Part shown: positions 20,224 to 29,021 of the stretch, in pieces | Layout of the letters: every line of letters starts with the position of its first letter | Numbering within the stretch: the first letter of the stretch is position 1 | Program-made: the position numbers and the translations under genes | The notes under the pieces: model-generated | Database searches by the model: none | Told to the model about the DNA's origin: nothing | The model's input: only the letters and a program-made list of their open reading frames with translations | Assembly (NCBI GenBank): GCA_965203445.1 | Contig: OZ241883.1 | Span: 1,504,001 to 1,568,000 of the forward strand | DNA length: 64,000 nt | From: Candidatus Oxydemutator sp. | GTDB taxonomy: Bacteria > Pseudomonadota > Gammaproteobacteria > Poriferisulfidales > Oxydemutatoraceae | Direction: 5' to 3'

Positions 20224-21347
20224 GCGCGCGCGACAAAAGCATAGGCCTGCCGGTCTCGATCCTGTTCGAGCTGACGCACCGCTGCCCGTTGCAATGCCCG
20301 TATTGCTCGAACCCGCTGCAACTGGAGCAGGCGGCCAACGAACTGACCACCGCGCAATGGTCGGAGGTGATGGAGCAGGCCGTGGCCATGGGCATTTTGC
20401 AGGTGCATTTCTCGGGCGGCGAGCCGGCGTTGCGGCGCGACCTCGAGGACCTGGTCGAGAAAGCCGAAAGCCTGGGCCTGTACAGCAACCTGATTACGTC
20501 CGGCGTCGGCATAGACGACAAGCGCGTGGAGCGCCTGGCCGCGCGCGGCCTCAAGCACGTGCAGATCAGCGTGCAGGACAGCGTCGAGGACAACGCCAAC
20601 CGTATCGGCGGCCACCGCGACGGCTTCGCGCGCAAGATGGCGGCCGCCAACGCGGTGCGCGCGCACGGCCTGCCGCTGACCATAAACGCGCCGATCCACA
20701 AGATGAACGTCGAGCATCTGCCGTCCATCATTGATCTCGCGGTGGCCATGGGGGCCTCGCGCATGGAGGTCGCGCACGTGCAGTACTACGGCTGGGCCTA
20801 CCACAACCGGGCGGCGTTGATGCCGAAACGCGAGCAGCTGGAATGGGCCACCGGCGTGGTCGAGGACGCGCGCCGGCGCCTGCAGGGCGTGATGGTCATT
20901 GATTACGTGGTGCCGGACTATTACGCGCGCCGGCCCAAGGCGTGCATGGGCGGCTGGGCGCGTCAGTTTCTGAACGTGACGCCGTCGGGCAAGGTGCTGC
21001 CGTGCCACGCCGCCGAGAGCATCACGTCGCTGCGCTTCGACAACGTCAAGGAGCGCAGCCTGAAGGACATCTGGCACCACTCGGAGGCGTTCGAGAAATA
21101 CCGCGGCAGCGACTGGATGCCGGCAAGATGCCGCTCGTGCGAGCGCCGCGAAATAGACTGGGGCGGTTGCCGCTGCCAGGCGTTTGCGATAACCGGCGAC
21201 GCCGCCAACATGGATCCGGCGTGCGAGTTTTCCGATCACCACGAGCATCTCGTCAACGTCGCGCTGCTCGAATCCGACCGCAAAGACGCGGATTTCGATT
21301 ACCGCACGCTGCGGGGTATTCCCGTCGTGCAGCAGGCGCGTGCCTGA
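20220..21347 (+). CDS. pqqE: Radical SAM PqqA cyclase PqqE
   Basis: ELTHRCPLQCPYCSNP, QYYGWA, PKACMGGW, SPASM cysteines, GGCRCQA. Confidence 0.97.
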   Translation: MSARDKSIGLPVSILFELTHRCPLQCPYCSNPLQLEQAANELTTAQWSEVMEQAVAMGILQVHFSGGEPALRRDLEDLVEKAESLGLYSNLITSGVGIDDKRVERLAARGLKHVQISVQDSVEDNANRIGGHRDGFARKMAAANAVRAHGLPLTINAPIHKMNVEHLPSIIDLAVAMGASRMEVAHVQYYGWAYHNRAALMPKREQLEWATGVVEDARRRLQGVMVIDYVVPDYYARRPKACMGGWARQFLNVTPSGKVLPCHAAESITSLRFDNVKERSLKDIWHHSEAFEKYRGSDWMPARCRSCERREIDWGGCRCQAFAITGDAANMDPACEFSDHHEHLVNVALLESDRKDADFDYRTLRGIPVVQQARA

Positions 21348-21349
21348 AC

Positions 21350-22396
21350 GTGCCTGATCTCTCCGCACCCGCCGCCTCGCGCTCCCGCAAAGGGGCCGCC
21401 GGCGATCCACCGACGCGCGCGCCCGCGGCCGATACGCGGCACCGACCTCGCCGTCGGCGCTTGCAGGCCGGCCCGGTCCACAATCTGTCGGTGGCGGAAT
21501 ACGGCCCTGCGCGCGGCGTTCCGGCGTTGTTCCTGCACGGCGGGCCGGGCAGCGGCTGCCGCGCCGCGCTGTGCCGTCTGTTTCCGGCGGATCGGTTTCG
21601 CATCGTCGCTCCCGATCAGCGCGGCGCCGGGGCCAGCCTGCCGCACGGCTGCCTTACGGAAAACACCACGCAAGATCTTGTCAATGACCTGGAGATGATT
21701 CGGCGCGAATTGGGAATCGGGCGCTGGCTCGTGGTCGGCGGTTCCTGGGGAGCGCTGCTTGCGGTCGCCTACGCCGAGGCGCATCCCGAGGCCGTGGCCG
21801 GCCTTGTCGTGCGCTCGCTGTTTCTCGGTACGGAAGAGGAGTTGCAGTGGGCTTTTATAACCGCGCCGCGCGCTTTCTATCCGGCGATGTACGAACGATT
21901 TATCGCGCTGCTGGCGCCGGGCGAACGTCGCGCGCCGTTGCCGGCGTGGTACGCGCGTCTGCTGCACGCCGACCCGGCCGTGGCGGTGCCCGCGAGTTTC
22001 GCGTGGCACGATTACGAGCGCGCGTTGTCGCAGTTGCGCCCGTGCGCGCCGGCTTTTGCGCAGGATTCCACCACTGCTCCCGCCACCCCCGCCGCCGAGA
22101 CGAGGGCGATGCCGTCCACGCCGCGCATGGAGGCGCATTATTTTGCCAACGGCTGTTTTCTCGAACGCGGCCAGTTGCTTGACGACGCGCACCGCCTTGC
22201 GGATATTCCCGGCGCCATCGTGCAGTCGCGCTACGATCTGTTGTGTCCGCCGCGCACCTCGCACGCGCTGGCGCGGCGCTGGCCGGCGGGCCGCATCGTC
22301 AACGTTGAGGCCGCCGGACACGACCAGTCCGAGGCCGGCGTCGCGCGCGCCGTGGCGCGCGCGGTCGCCGAGGTCGCCGCCGAGGCCGGCTTATGA
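21350..22396 (+). CDS. Prolyl aminopeptidase (Pip, family S33)-like alpha/beta hydrolase
   Basis: LHGGPGSG, DQRGAGAS, GGSWG nucleophile, RYDLLCP (Asp), AGH (His); starts 2 nt after the pqqE stop. Confidence 0.85.
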   Translation: MPDLSAPAASRSRKGAAGDPPTRAPAADTRHRPRRRRLQAGPVHNLSVAEYGPARGVPALFLHGGPGSGCRAALCRLFPADRFRIVAPDQRGAGASLPHGCLTENTTQDLVNDLEMIRRELGIGRWLVVGGSWGALLAVAYAEAHPEAVAGLVVRSLFLGTEEELQWAFITAPRAFYPAMYERFIALLAPGERRAPLPAWYARLLHADPAVAVPASFAWHDYERALSQLRPCAPAFAQDSTTAPATPAAETRAMPSTPRMEAHYFANGCFLERGQLLDDAHRLADIPGAIVQSRYDLLCPPRTSHALARRWPAGRIVNVEAAGHDQSEAGVARAVARAVAEVAAEAGL

Positions 22397-23679
22397 CGTC
22401 GCCCGTCGCCCGCCCCGTCGTCTGCCCCGTCGTCTGCCGATGGGCCGCGCGCTCGGCCGTGAGATCGGCCATGCTTGGGGCCGTGCTTGCGGCCGTGCTT
22501 GCGTGCTCGCTCGCCGCGTTGCCGGGCGCGAACCTTGCGCGCGCGCAGGCGCACGTCGTGCACGAGGAGCAGACGTTCAGCGCGGACGGTTCTTCGTGGG
22601 TCTTGTCGGTGCCGGCCGGCTACCGCCTCGAATGGGTCGCCGAGATGGATCGTCCGCGCATGTTGACGCGCGCCGCGGACGGCGCGTTGCTGGCGGGTTC
22701 GGCGTCGCAATACGTCTATCGGCTGGAGCCGCCGTACGACGGGGCCCGGGTGCTGGCCGAGGTCAGCGGTTTTGCGCACGGGGTCGCGGTGCGCGGCGAC
22801 GATCTGTGGGTCGCCGCGAGCAACGGACTCTACCGCGCGCCGTACAACCCCGGCGCGCGCCCGGGCAAACTGTCCAGGAAGGATTTCCAAAAAGTCATGC
22901 CGCTGCCGACCGGCGGCCACCCAAGCCGCACCGTCGCCGTCGGCCCGGATGCGAGGCTCTACCTGAGCCTTGGCATCAGCGGCAATTGCAGCGACGAATA
23001 CTTAGGCCCGGGCTATGATTTCGACGACTACCGCGGCGGCGTGCTGGTGCTGATCGAGGACGCGGGTGCTACGCGCTGGCGCGTGTACGCGTCGGGCCTG
23101 CGCAACCCGGTGGGCTTCGACTGGCATCCGGACACGGGCGTGCTCTACGCCTCCAACCACGGCCCCGACCATCACGGCTACGAGTTGCCGCCGGAGTATT
23201 TCAGCCGCCTCGACGCCGGGTCGTTTCACGGCATGCCGTGGTTCCAGTTCGACGGGCGCGCGATAGAGGCGGACGACTGCATAGCCGGAAAACCGCCGCG
23301 CACCGACGCGGTGCCTCCGGTGGCCACGTTTCCCGCGCGCAACGGGCCGATGGGCGTCGCTTTCGTGCCGCGCGGCGGCGATGCGATGGATGCGGCGTGG
23401 GCCGGCGACGCCGTGGTCGCGCTGCATGGTTCGTGGGCGACCAGGCCGCACGGCGGCTGGATCGGCCCCAGGGCCAGCCGCAGGCCGCCGTGGCTCGCGC
23501 TGGTGCGCTTTGAAGACGGCCGCGCGGAGCGCGTCGAACCGCTGATCGAAGGTTTTCAGAATGCTTCCGGCGCCCGCCTGGCCAGGCCCGTCGGTATCGT
23601 TTTCGGTGCCGACGGCGCGCTCTATTTCAGCAGCGACGGCGGCGCCGTCGAGGGCCTGTTCCGGCTTGCGAAGAAGTAG
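22393..23679 (+). CDS. Soluble PQQ-dependent sugar/sorbosone dehydrogenase family beta-propeller (alternative start 22471)
   Basis: Signal peptide, GISGNC, ASGLRNPVGFDWHP, GMPW, ALHGSW, RPVGIVFGADGALYFSSD. Confidence 0.82.
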   Translation: MTSPVARPVVCPVVCRWAARSAVRSAMLGAVLAAVLACSLAALPGANLARAQAHVVHEEQTFSADGSSWVLSVPAGYRLEWVAEMDRPRMLTRAADGALLAGSASQYVYRLEPPYDGARVLAEVSGFAHGVAVRGDDLWVAASNGLYRAPYNPGARPGKLSRKDFQKVMPLPTGGHPSRTVAVGPDARLYLSLGISGNCSDEYLGPGYDFDDYRGGVLVLIEDAGATRWRVYASGLRNPVGFDWHPDTGVLYASNHGPDHHGYELPPEYFSRLDAGSFHGMPWFQFDGRAIEADDCIAGKPPRTDAVPPVATFPARNGPMGVAFVPRGGDAMDAAWAGDAVVALHGSWATRPHGGWIGPRASRRPPWLALVRFEDGRAERVEPLIEGFQNASGARLARPVGIVFGADGALYFSSDGGAVEGLFRLAKK

Positions 23680-23685
23680 GCGTCA

Positions 23686-23792
23686 CCCTCTCCCATGGGG
23701 GAGAAGGTTTGTCAAGGCGTTGAAACGGGGCATGCGCCACCCGCTCCCTCTGGGAGAGGGTTGGGGTGAGGGCCGCACATCCCTCACCCCAG
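23686..23792. repeat. CCCTCTCCC..GGGAGAGGG / CCCTCACCCC REP-like hairpins
   Basis: Several degenerate copies between convergent genes. Confidence 0.7.
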
Positions 23793-23798
23793 CCTGGT

Positions 23799-24842
23799 TC
23801 AGCTTGCCAGCAGGTCGCCGAGGATCGCGTTCATGCGCTTGAAGTCATCCTCGAACAGGCCGAGCGTCGTGAAGTGGCCCCACGGACTGTCGAGCACTTC
23901 GAGCTTGCTGCCCGGCACCATTTCCTGTTCGGCGCGGCAGTCGCGCAGCGGCACGAACATGTCCTCGGAAAACGCGATCACGGTCGTCCTGGCCTGGATC
24001 TTCGACAGCGCCTGGCGCAGATCGCCGCCGGCCAACGCGCCGACGTCGCCGTTTTTCCATTTGTCGGCCATGCACAGCAGCGCGTTCGGATCCATCGGCA
24101 GGAACCATTTTTCCCAGAAGCCGGAAAGAAAGTCGTCGACCGACGCAACGTCTATGCGCCGCCACAATTCCTGCTTGTAGAACTCGGTGCACACGCCCAT
24201 CAGCGCGAACACGCGCGCCAGGCGGCGCAGCCCGGTCTCGACCGCGTGCGCCTCGGTGTATTCGCCGCCGTTCCACGCCGGATCGGACTTCAGCGCGTCG
24301 CAGAAGGTGTCCACGTAGAGCGCGTCGTGCGGCGTGCACCGCGCGGTGCCGGCAATCGGCGCGGCGCGGCGCACCACGTCGGGATAGCGCGCCGCCCATT
24401 CGTAGGTCTGCTGCGCGCCCATGGACCAGCCGAGCACCAGTTGCAGTTCGCTTATGCCGAAATGCTCGGTCATCAGGCGGTGTTGGGCGCGCACGTCGTC
24501 GGCAACGTCGAGCGCCGGAAACGACGACATGCCGTGCGGCGCCGGCGTGTTGTGCGGCGAGCTCGAAAGGCCGTTGCCCAGCTGATTCGGAAAGACGATG
24601 AAATAGCGCGACGGATCGAGCGCCAGTCCCTCGCCGACGTAGTGCGCGAGGCTGCCGCTGGTGCCGGAGAACATGATCGGAAACAGGATCGCGTTGTCCT
24701 TGGCCGCGTTCAGTTCACCGTGCGTCGCGTAGGCCAGTTTGCAGTCGGGCAGCGAACCGCCGCGCTGCAACGGAAAATCGCCAAGCGCGAAGGTCTCGAA
24801 CGCGCCGTGGTTGGCGACGCTGTAAAAATCGTTGTCTAACAT
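23799..24842 (-). CDS. Homoserine-acetyltransferase-fold esterase (MekB/AcmB/CgHle-like acetyl ester hydrolase)
   Basis: NHG..E, G.LNA.K.NAIL, SGTS, GEGLALDPSRY, NQLGNGLSSS, GWSMGAQQTYEWA, PMDPN, GDL.QAL..I, WGH; lacks the MetX HALTG/GSTGP pattern. Confidence 0.78.
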   Translation of the reverse strand: MLDNDFYSVANHGAFETFALGDFPLQRGGSLPDCKLAYATHGELNAAKDNAILFPIMFSGTSGSLAHYVGEGLALDPSRYFIVFPNQLGNGLSSSPHNTPAPHGMSSFPALDVADDVRAQHRLMTEHFGISELQLVLGWSMGAQQTYEWAARYPDVVRRAAPIAGTARCTPHDALYVDTFCDALKSDPAWNGGEYTEAHAVETGLRRLARVFALMGVCTEFYKQELWRRIDVASVDDFLSGFWEKWFLPMDPNALLCMADKWKNGDVGALAGGDLRQALSKIQARTTVIAFSEDMFVPLRDCRAEQEMVPGSKLEVLDSPWGHFTTLGLFEDDFKRMNAILGDLLAS

Positions 24843-24957
24843 GGTTTCCTCCTTTGTCAGAGACTGGTATACATCAAGTATATCATTGCGCCCGAACCCT
24901 TAATGTAACCCCCGCTTCAACGCCATAACAAACCCTCTCCCCCTAGGAGAGGGTGAC

Positions 24958-25854
24958 TCAGATCTCGTCTAATATGTCGCGTACTTTGTCGCGGTAATCC
25001 TTCTCCGAGATCAGGCCGTCGCGGCGCAGTTTTTTCAGGCGCCTAAGGCGATCCTCAAGGGGGCGCTCCCCGAGCGAGCGTTCGGCCGCGCGCGCGGCGC
25101 GCGCGCGCGGCGTCGCCGGCGCCTCCAACGCTTCGCTCATCGCGATGTCGGGGTCTATCACAATCCAGTCGGCGCGCTTCTTGCCGCCGCGCGTCCTCGC
25201 GTAGCGCACGCCCTGCGTCAGCGCTACGCGATAGTCGGAGCGGGCGATTGCGCCGCGCGCGGCCTGCGCAGGCGGATTGACGACGCCGGTTTTGCGCCCC
25301 ATCACCATGCGTTTGACGATGCCCTTGTGGACGGGGCCGAAGATGACGTGCAGCAGCCCGTTGTTCCAGAACACGCGCCCGGTGGTATGCACCGGTTGGC
25401 TGATGAAACCGATCAGCGAGGCGTTGTCGCGGATTTGAAAGACCGCGTCCTGGTGCGGTTTTGCGTTGCGCAGCGCAATCGCCAGCGCGTTGGCCAGGCG
25501 GCTCGCCGCGGCTTGTGAAAACAGCGGGATCGCGTCGCTCAATTCGGCCGCGGCCACGACGTCGCTTTTCGTTCTCTTTGCCGGCGTCGCCATCAGGCCG
25601 GCTATGATAGCGGTCAGCGTTTGCGGTGCGATCCTGACCGGGTGGTCGTTGCGCGCGCCGCGCGCGCCGTCGCGCGCAACCAGGCGCACGTATTCGTCGT
25701 TGTTCTCCCAGATGGTACGGGTCGCCGGCGCGGCCTGGGTCTGGGCCGGTGTCGCCAGCACCAACGCCGCCGCCAGCGGCAACGCGAACCATAGTTGTCT
25801 ATGGGGGCGGGCGTGGGGCCGGACGTGGGGTCGGGGGTGAGACCGCGTGCTCAT
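24958..25854 (-). CDS. Exported protein with C-terminal SHOCT domain
   Basis: Signal peptide, NDHPVRI block, C-terminal RLRRLKKLRRDGLISEKDYRDK...ILDEI. Confidence 0.75.
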   Translation of the reverse strand: MSTRSHPRPHVRPHARPHRQLWFALPLAAALVLATPAQTQAAPATRTIWENNDEYVRLVARDGARGARNDHPVRIAPQTLTAIIAGLMATPAKRTKSDVVAAAELSDAIPLFSQAAASRLANALAIALRNAKPHQDAVFQIRDNASLIGFISQPVHTTGRVFWNNGLLHVIFGPVHKGIVKRMVMGRKTGVVNPPAQAARGAIARSDYRVALTQGVRYARTRGGKKRADWIVIDPDIAMSEALEAPATPRARAARAAERSLGERPLEDRLRRLKKLRRDGLISEKDYRDKVRDILDEI

Positions 25855-25898
25855 GCCCGCCATTCTAAGGCATCGGGCGGGGCACCGGGCGCAATCGC

Positions 25899-25931
25899 AA
25901 AAAAGGCGGGTGGTTTGCACCACCCGCCTTT
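25899..25931 (-). terminator. Rho-independent terminator of the porin gene
   Basis: 13-bp perfect stem AAAGGCGGGTGGT/ACCACCCGCCTTT with a U-tract on the minus strand. Confidence 0.85.
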
Positions 25932-25960
25932 CGATTTGCCAAATGTCGTGAAGGAGAAAA

Positions 25961-27331
25961 TCAGAAGAACATGATCGCGCCGAAGGCGATCACTTCCTCG
26001 TCCGAGTCGTTGCCGTTGTGCGCCTCGGCCTCGGTCTCGGTGTACTCGAGCACCAGGTTCAGCGCCTCGCCGACTGGATGGTAGAGGCCGACGACCACGG
26101 ATTCGTTGGAATCGAGAATATCGTAGTTCGCCCTATCATCCGCAAGCCGCGCCTGGTCGTAACTGCTGTCGTCCAGGTTGCTTTCGCCGTAACTCAGGCC
26201 GAGTACCGTACCGGTCGGCATCTTATAACGCCCTTGCAGGTACCAGCCGTCCGAATCGCGCTCGTCCCCGGTCACGTCAAAGCCATCCCACAGAAAACCG
26301 GTCGTGCCGATGCCTTCGCCGTCGTAGTAATAGCCGACCAGATCGAAGCCGTGATACGCGAACTTGAAACCGACGTCAAAACCAGTGGCCTCGCCGCTGT
26401 CGTCGCCTGCAAAAGTAGCTCCACCCACGATTTGGTTATCGGGCGCTGCTCTAAAGTCCACTTCCTGGAGGATGTAACTCGCCCACAGCAAACCGGACGT
26501 GCCGGCACCGTTGTCGAACGCATAGTTGACTTTGGCCTCGACGCCGAAGTTGTCGCCATGTTGGGCGCCGGTGGCGCTGTAGGCAATGTCATCATCTGTG
26601 TTGTTTGGGGTGTCGTTGTTATACGAACCCGTATTAGGCGGACTGCCCGCCCCCCAGGTATCCACCAGCGCGGCGGTCAACGTAAGGCCGCCCATGTTCG
26701 GCGACGTGTATTGCAGCTGGGACTTCCAGTCGGCGTACAGATAGCCGACGCCGATGCGCCCGAGCGTCGTGTTGCCGCCTTTCGACGCCAGATCGGACAC
26801 CGTGCCGACGCCGAGCAGCGTCATGTCGTTCAAAATCGCGTCGCTCGCGAACACGCCGAGATCGCGACCGATCTTGAACGTGCCCATGCTGTCGGTGCCG
26901 AACGTCAGAAACACCTGCCGGAAGTTCGAGGAGTTCAGACCCAACGCCCCGTCGTTTCCGCCGAAGTTGCTGCTGCTGTCAACACCGGGCTGGAAACTGA
27001 CGTGCACGCCGGTCCTGATGCCACCGGGGGCATCGGTTGCGGCACTCATGTTGAACCAGGACGGCAGCAGGCCGGTCTGAATGTTGTGGTGGTCGCTGTC
27101 TTTGCCGTCCGAACCGCACGCGAGGCCGCCGGCGACCTTATCCCTGTCAGGGTTAGTGCCGCCGGGATCGCAGTCTATCGCGGTGACAAACGCATTGACG
27201 TTGCCGCTGAAGTCCACTTCCCAGGCACCCATGCGCATCATGGACAGACCCTCGAAAGCGGCGAACACCGGCGCGGTCGTCAGCATGCCGCCGAGCACGA
27301 CGGCCGCTGCAATACTTTTTGAGTGTTTCAT
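25961..27331 (-). CDS. Gram-negative general porin
   Basis: Signal peptide, RQVFLTFG...GTFKIGRDLG, QYTSP, amphipathic beta strands, terminal Phe; strong SD GAGGAG. Confidence 0.85.
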   Translation of the reverse strand: MKHSKSIAAAVVLGGMLTTAPVFAAFEGLSMMRMGAWEVDFSGNVNAFVTAIDCDPGGTNPDRDKVAGGLACGSDGKDSDHHNIQTGLLPSWFNMSAATDAPGGIRTGVHVSFQPGVDSSSNFGGNDGALGLNSSNFRQVFLTFGTDSMGTFKIGRDLGVFASDAILNDMTLLGVGTVSDLASKGGNTTLGRIGVGYLYADWKSQLQYTSPNMGGLTLTAALVDTWGAGSPPNTGSYNNDTPNNTDDDIAYSATGAQHGDNFGVEAKVNYAFDNGAGTSGLLWASYILQEVDFRAAPDNQIVGGATFAGDDSGEATGFDVGFKFAYHGFDLVGYYYDGEGIGTTGFLWDGFDVTGDERDSDGWYLQGRYKMPTGTVLGLSYGESNLDDSSYDQARLADDRANYDILDSNESVVVGLYHPVGEALNLVLEYTETEAEAHNGNDSDEEVIAFGAIMFF

Positions 27332-27491
27332 GAGTTTCTCCTCATAAGCTATCTGGTAAATCAAGTTCGGGTTCCCCAAACTATGGCCGCCAATTATATA
27401 TGCAACGATTCATATTGCAATTTTTTGGTGTTTTTTCGGCATCGCCACCGCCTGATATGTAAGATACTGATATTGCATGGGAAAACGCTTC

Positions 27492-28256
27492 TCAGCCGAG
27501 TATTTCCGGAAACTTGCCGACAATTTCCCGATGCAGACGCTCGATTTCCGTGGCCTCGCGCCCCCGTTTTGGAAGCGCCGCCGCCAGCGGCAGGTCGGCC
27601 ACCAGCGTCGTCGGACGCCCCGAGAGAATCAACAGACGGTCGCCCAGAAACAGCGCCTCGCGCAGATTGTGCGTTACGAACAACACCGCGCGCGGCGTTT
27701 CTTCAAGTTGCGACAACAGCAGTTTGCGCAGGCGCGTCGCGGTGCGTTCATCAATCGAGGCGAACGGTTCGTCGAGCAGCAACAGCGGCGCCGCCACGGC
27801 GAAGCCGCGCGCCAGCGCCGCACGCCGCGACATGCCGAGCGACAGCGTCTGCGGGTAGGCGTCGGCGGCGTCGCTCAGGTTCATTTTCTCGAGCAGCCAC
27901 GCGATGCGCTCGTCGGCGCGCACGCCCGCCGGCAACGCCAGGCGAACGTTTTCGCGCACCGTGCGCCACGGCAGCAGGCACGGTTCCTGAAACACGTACG
28001 ACAGCGGCAGTTCGTCGTCGCCTCGCCGCGGGCGCGCGACTTCGCCGTCGAAGTCGTCGTCGAGGCCGGCGATCAGGTTCAGCAACGTGGTCTTGCCGCA
28101 GCCGGACGGCCCGGTCAGCGTCACCAGCTCGCGTTCGCCGAGCGCAAACCGCACGTCGCGCAAAACCCGCGTCGCCTGGCCGTCGTGGCGCGCGAAACTT
28201 TTGTCGTGAACGGCGACGCGCAACGCGACCGCCGCCGGCAGCGGCGTCGCGCTCAC
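27492..28256 (-). CDS. NitT/TauT-type ABC ATP-binding protein
   Basis: GPSGCGKTT, VFQEPCLLPW, LSLGMSRR, LLLDEPF, VTH; GTG start overlapping the permease stop. Confidence 0.88.
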   Translation of the reverse strand: MSATPLPAAVALRVAVHDKSFARHDGQATRVLRDVRFALGERELVTLTGPSGCGKTTLLNLIAGLDDDFDGEVARPRRGDDELPLSYVFQEPCLLPWRTVRENVRLALPAGVRADERIAWLLEKMNLSDAADAYPQTLSLGMSRRAALARGFAVAAPLLLLDEPFASIDERTATRLRKLLLSQLEETPRAVLFVTHNLREALFLGDRLLILSGRPTTLVADLPLAAALPKRGREATEIERLHREIVGKFPEILG

Positions 28257-29011
28257 GGTTTGCGCCAGCGGTTGACGTAGGCCTCGAACGGCTGCAACAG
28301 CGTCAGCTCGACGATCTGCATGATGATGATAAAGGTCAGCCCCCAGGCCATGATGGCCGCGACGTCGAACAGCTGGAAATACAGGTGCAGTTGAAAACCG
28401 ACGCCGTTGCCGCGCCCGAGCAGTTCGACCACGAGCACGATTTTCCAGATCAGCGCTATGCCCGAGCGCGTCGCGGCCGCGATGTACGGCGCCAGTTCGG
28501 GCACGATGACGTGGCGCAGCCTCTTCCACCAGCCGAAGCGGAACACCGTGGCCATCTGTTGCAGGCCGCGATCGGTCGCGCGCGCTCCTTCGCGTATCGT
28601 GACGACGACGTTCGGTATCTTGTTGACGGCGACTGCGGCGATGGCCGCGATTTCGGTCAGCCCCATCCAGATATAGGCGAGGATGATCACGACCAGCGCC
28701 GGCAGATTCAGAAAGAACAACAGCCATGGATCGAAGATCGCGTCGACCTTGCGAAAGCCGCCCATCAGAAAACCGATGGTGATGCCGGCGACCATCGAGA
28801 TCGTGAAGCTGGCGACGACGCGCCACAACGTGACGCCGGTATGAAAGAACAACTCGCCGGTGGCGGCCTCGGCGGCGATGACGCCGGCGACGCTGGCCGG
28901 CGACGGCAGCGTATCCTCGCCGGCGAGCCGCGAACCGAACCACCACAGCAGGATCAGCACGCCGATGGAAGCGACGGCCGTGAGCGGGAATTTTTTCTTG
29001 GTCGCCGCCAT
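28253..29011 (-). CDS. NitT/TauT-type ABC permease
   Basis: LPSP, TLWRV, LNLPAL, EGARA (EAA-like), WKIVLVVELLG. Confidence 0.88.
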   Translation of the reverse strand: MAATKKKFPLTAVASIGVLILLWWFGSRLAGEDTLPSPASVAGVIAAEAATGELFFHTGVTLWRVVASFTISMVAGITIGFLMGGFRKVDAIFDPWLLFFLNLPALVVIILAYIWMGLTEIAAIAAVAVNKIPNVVVTIREGARATDRGLQQMATVFRFGWWKRLRHVIVPELAPYIAAATRSGIALIWKIVLVVELLGRGNGVGFQLHLYFQLFDVAAIMAWGLTFIIIMQIVELTLLQPFEAYVNRWRKP

Positions 29012-29021
29012 TCGCGCGCGT

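Noticed and set aside
23799-24842. metX homoserine O-acetyltransferase
   Set aside because: It lacks the HALTG/GSTGP MetX pattern, matches the recalled MekB/AcmB esterase motifs, and has no metW or other met gene neighbours
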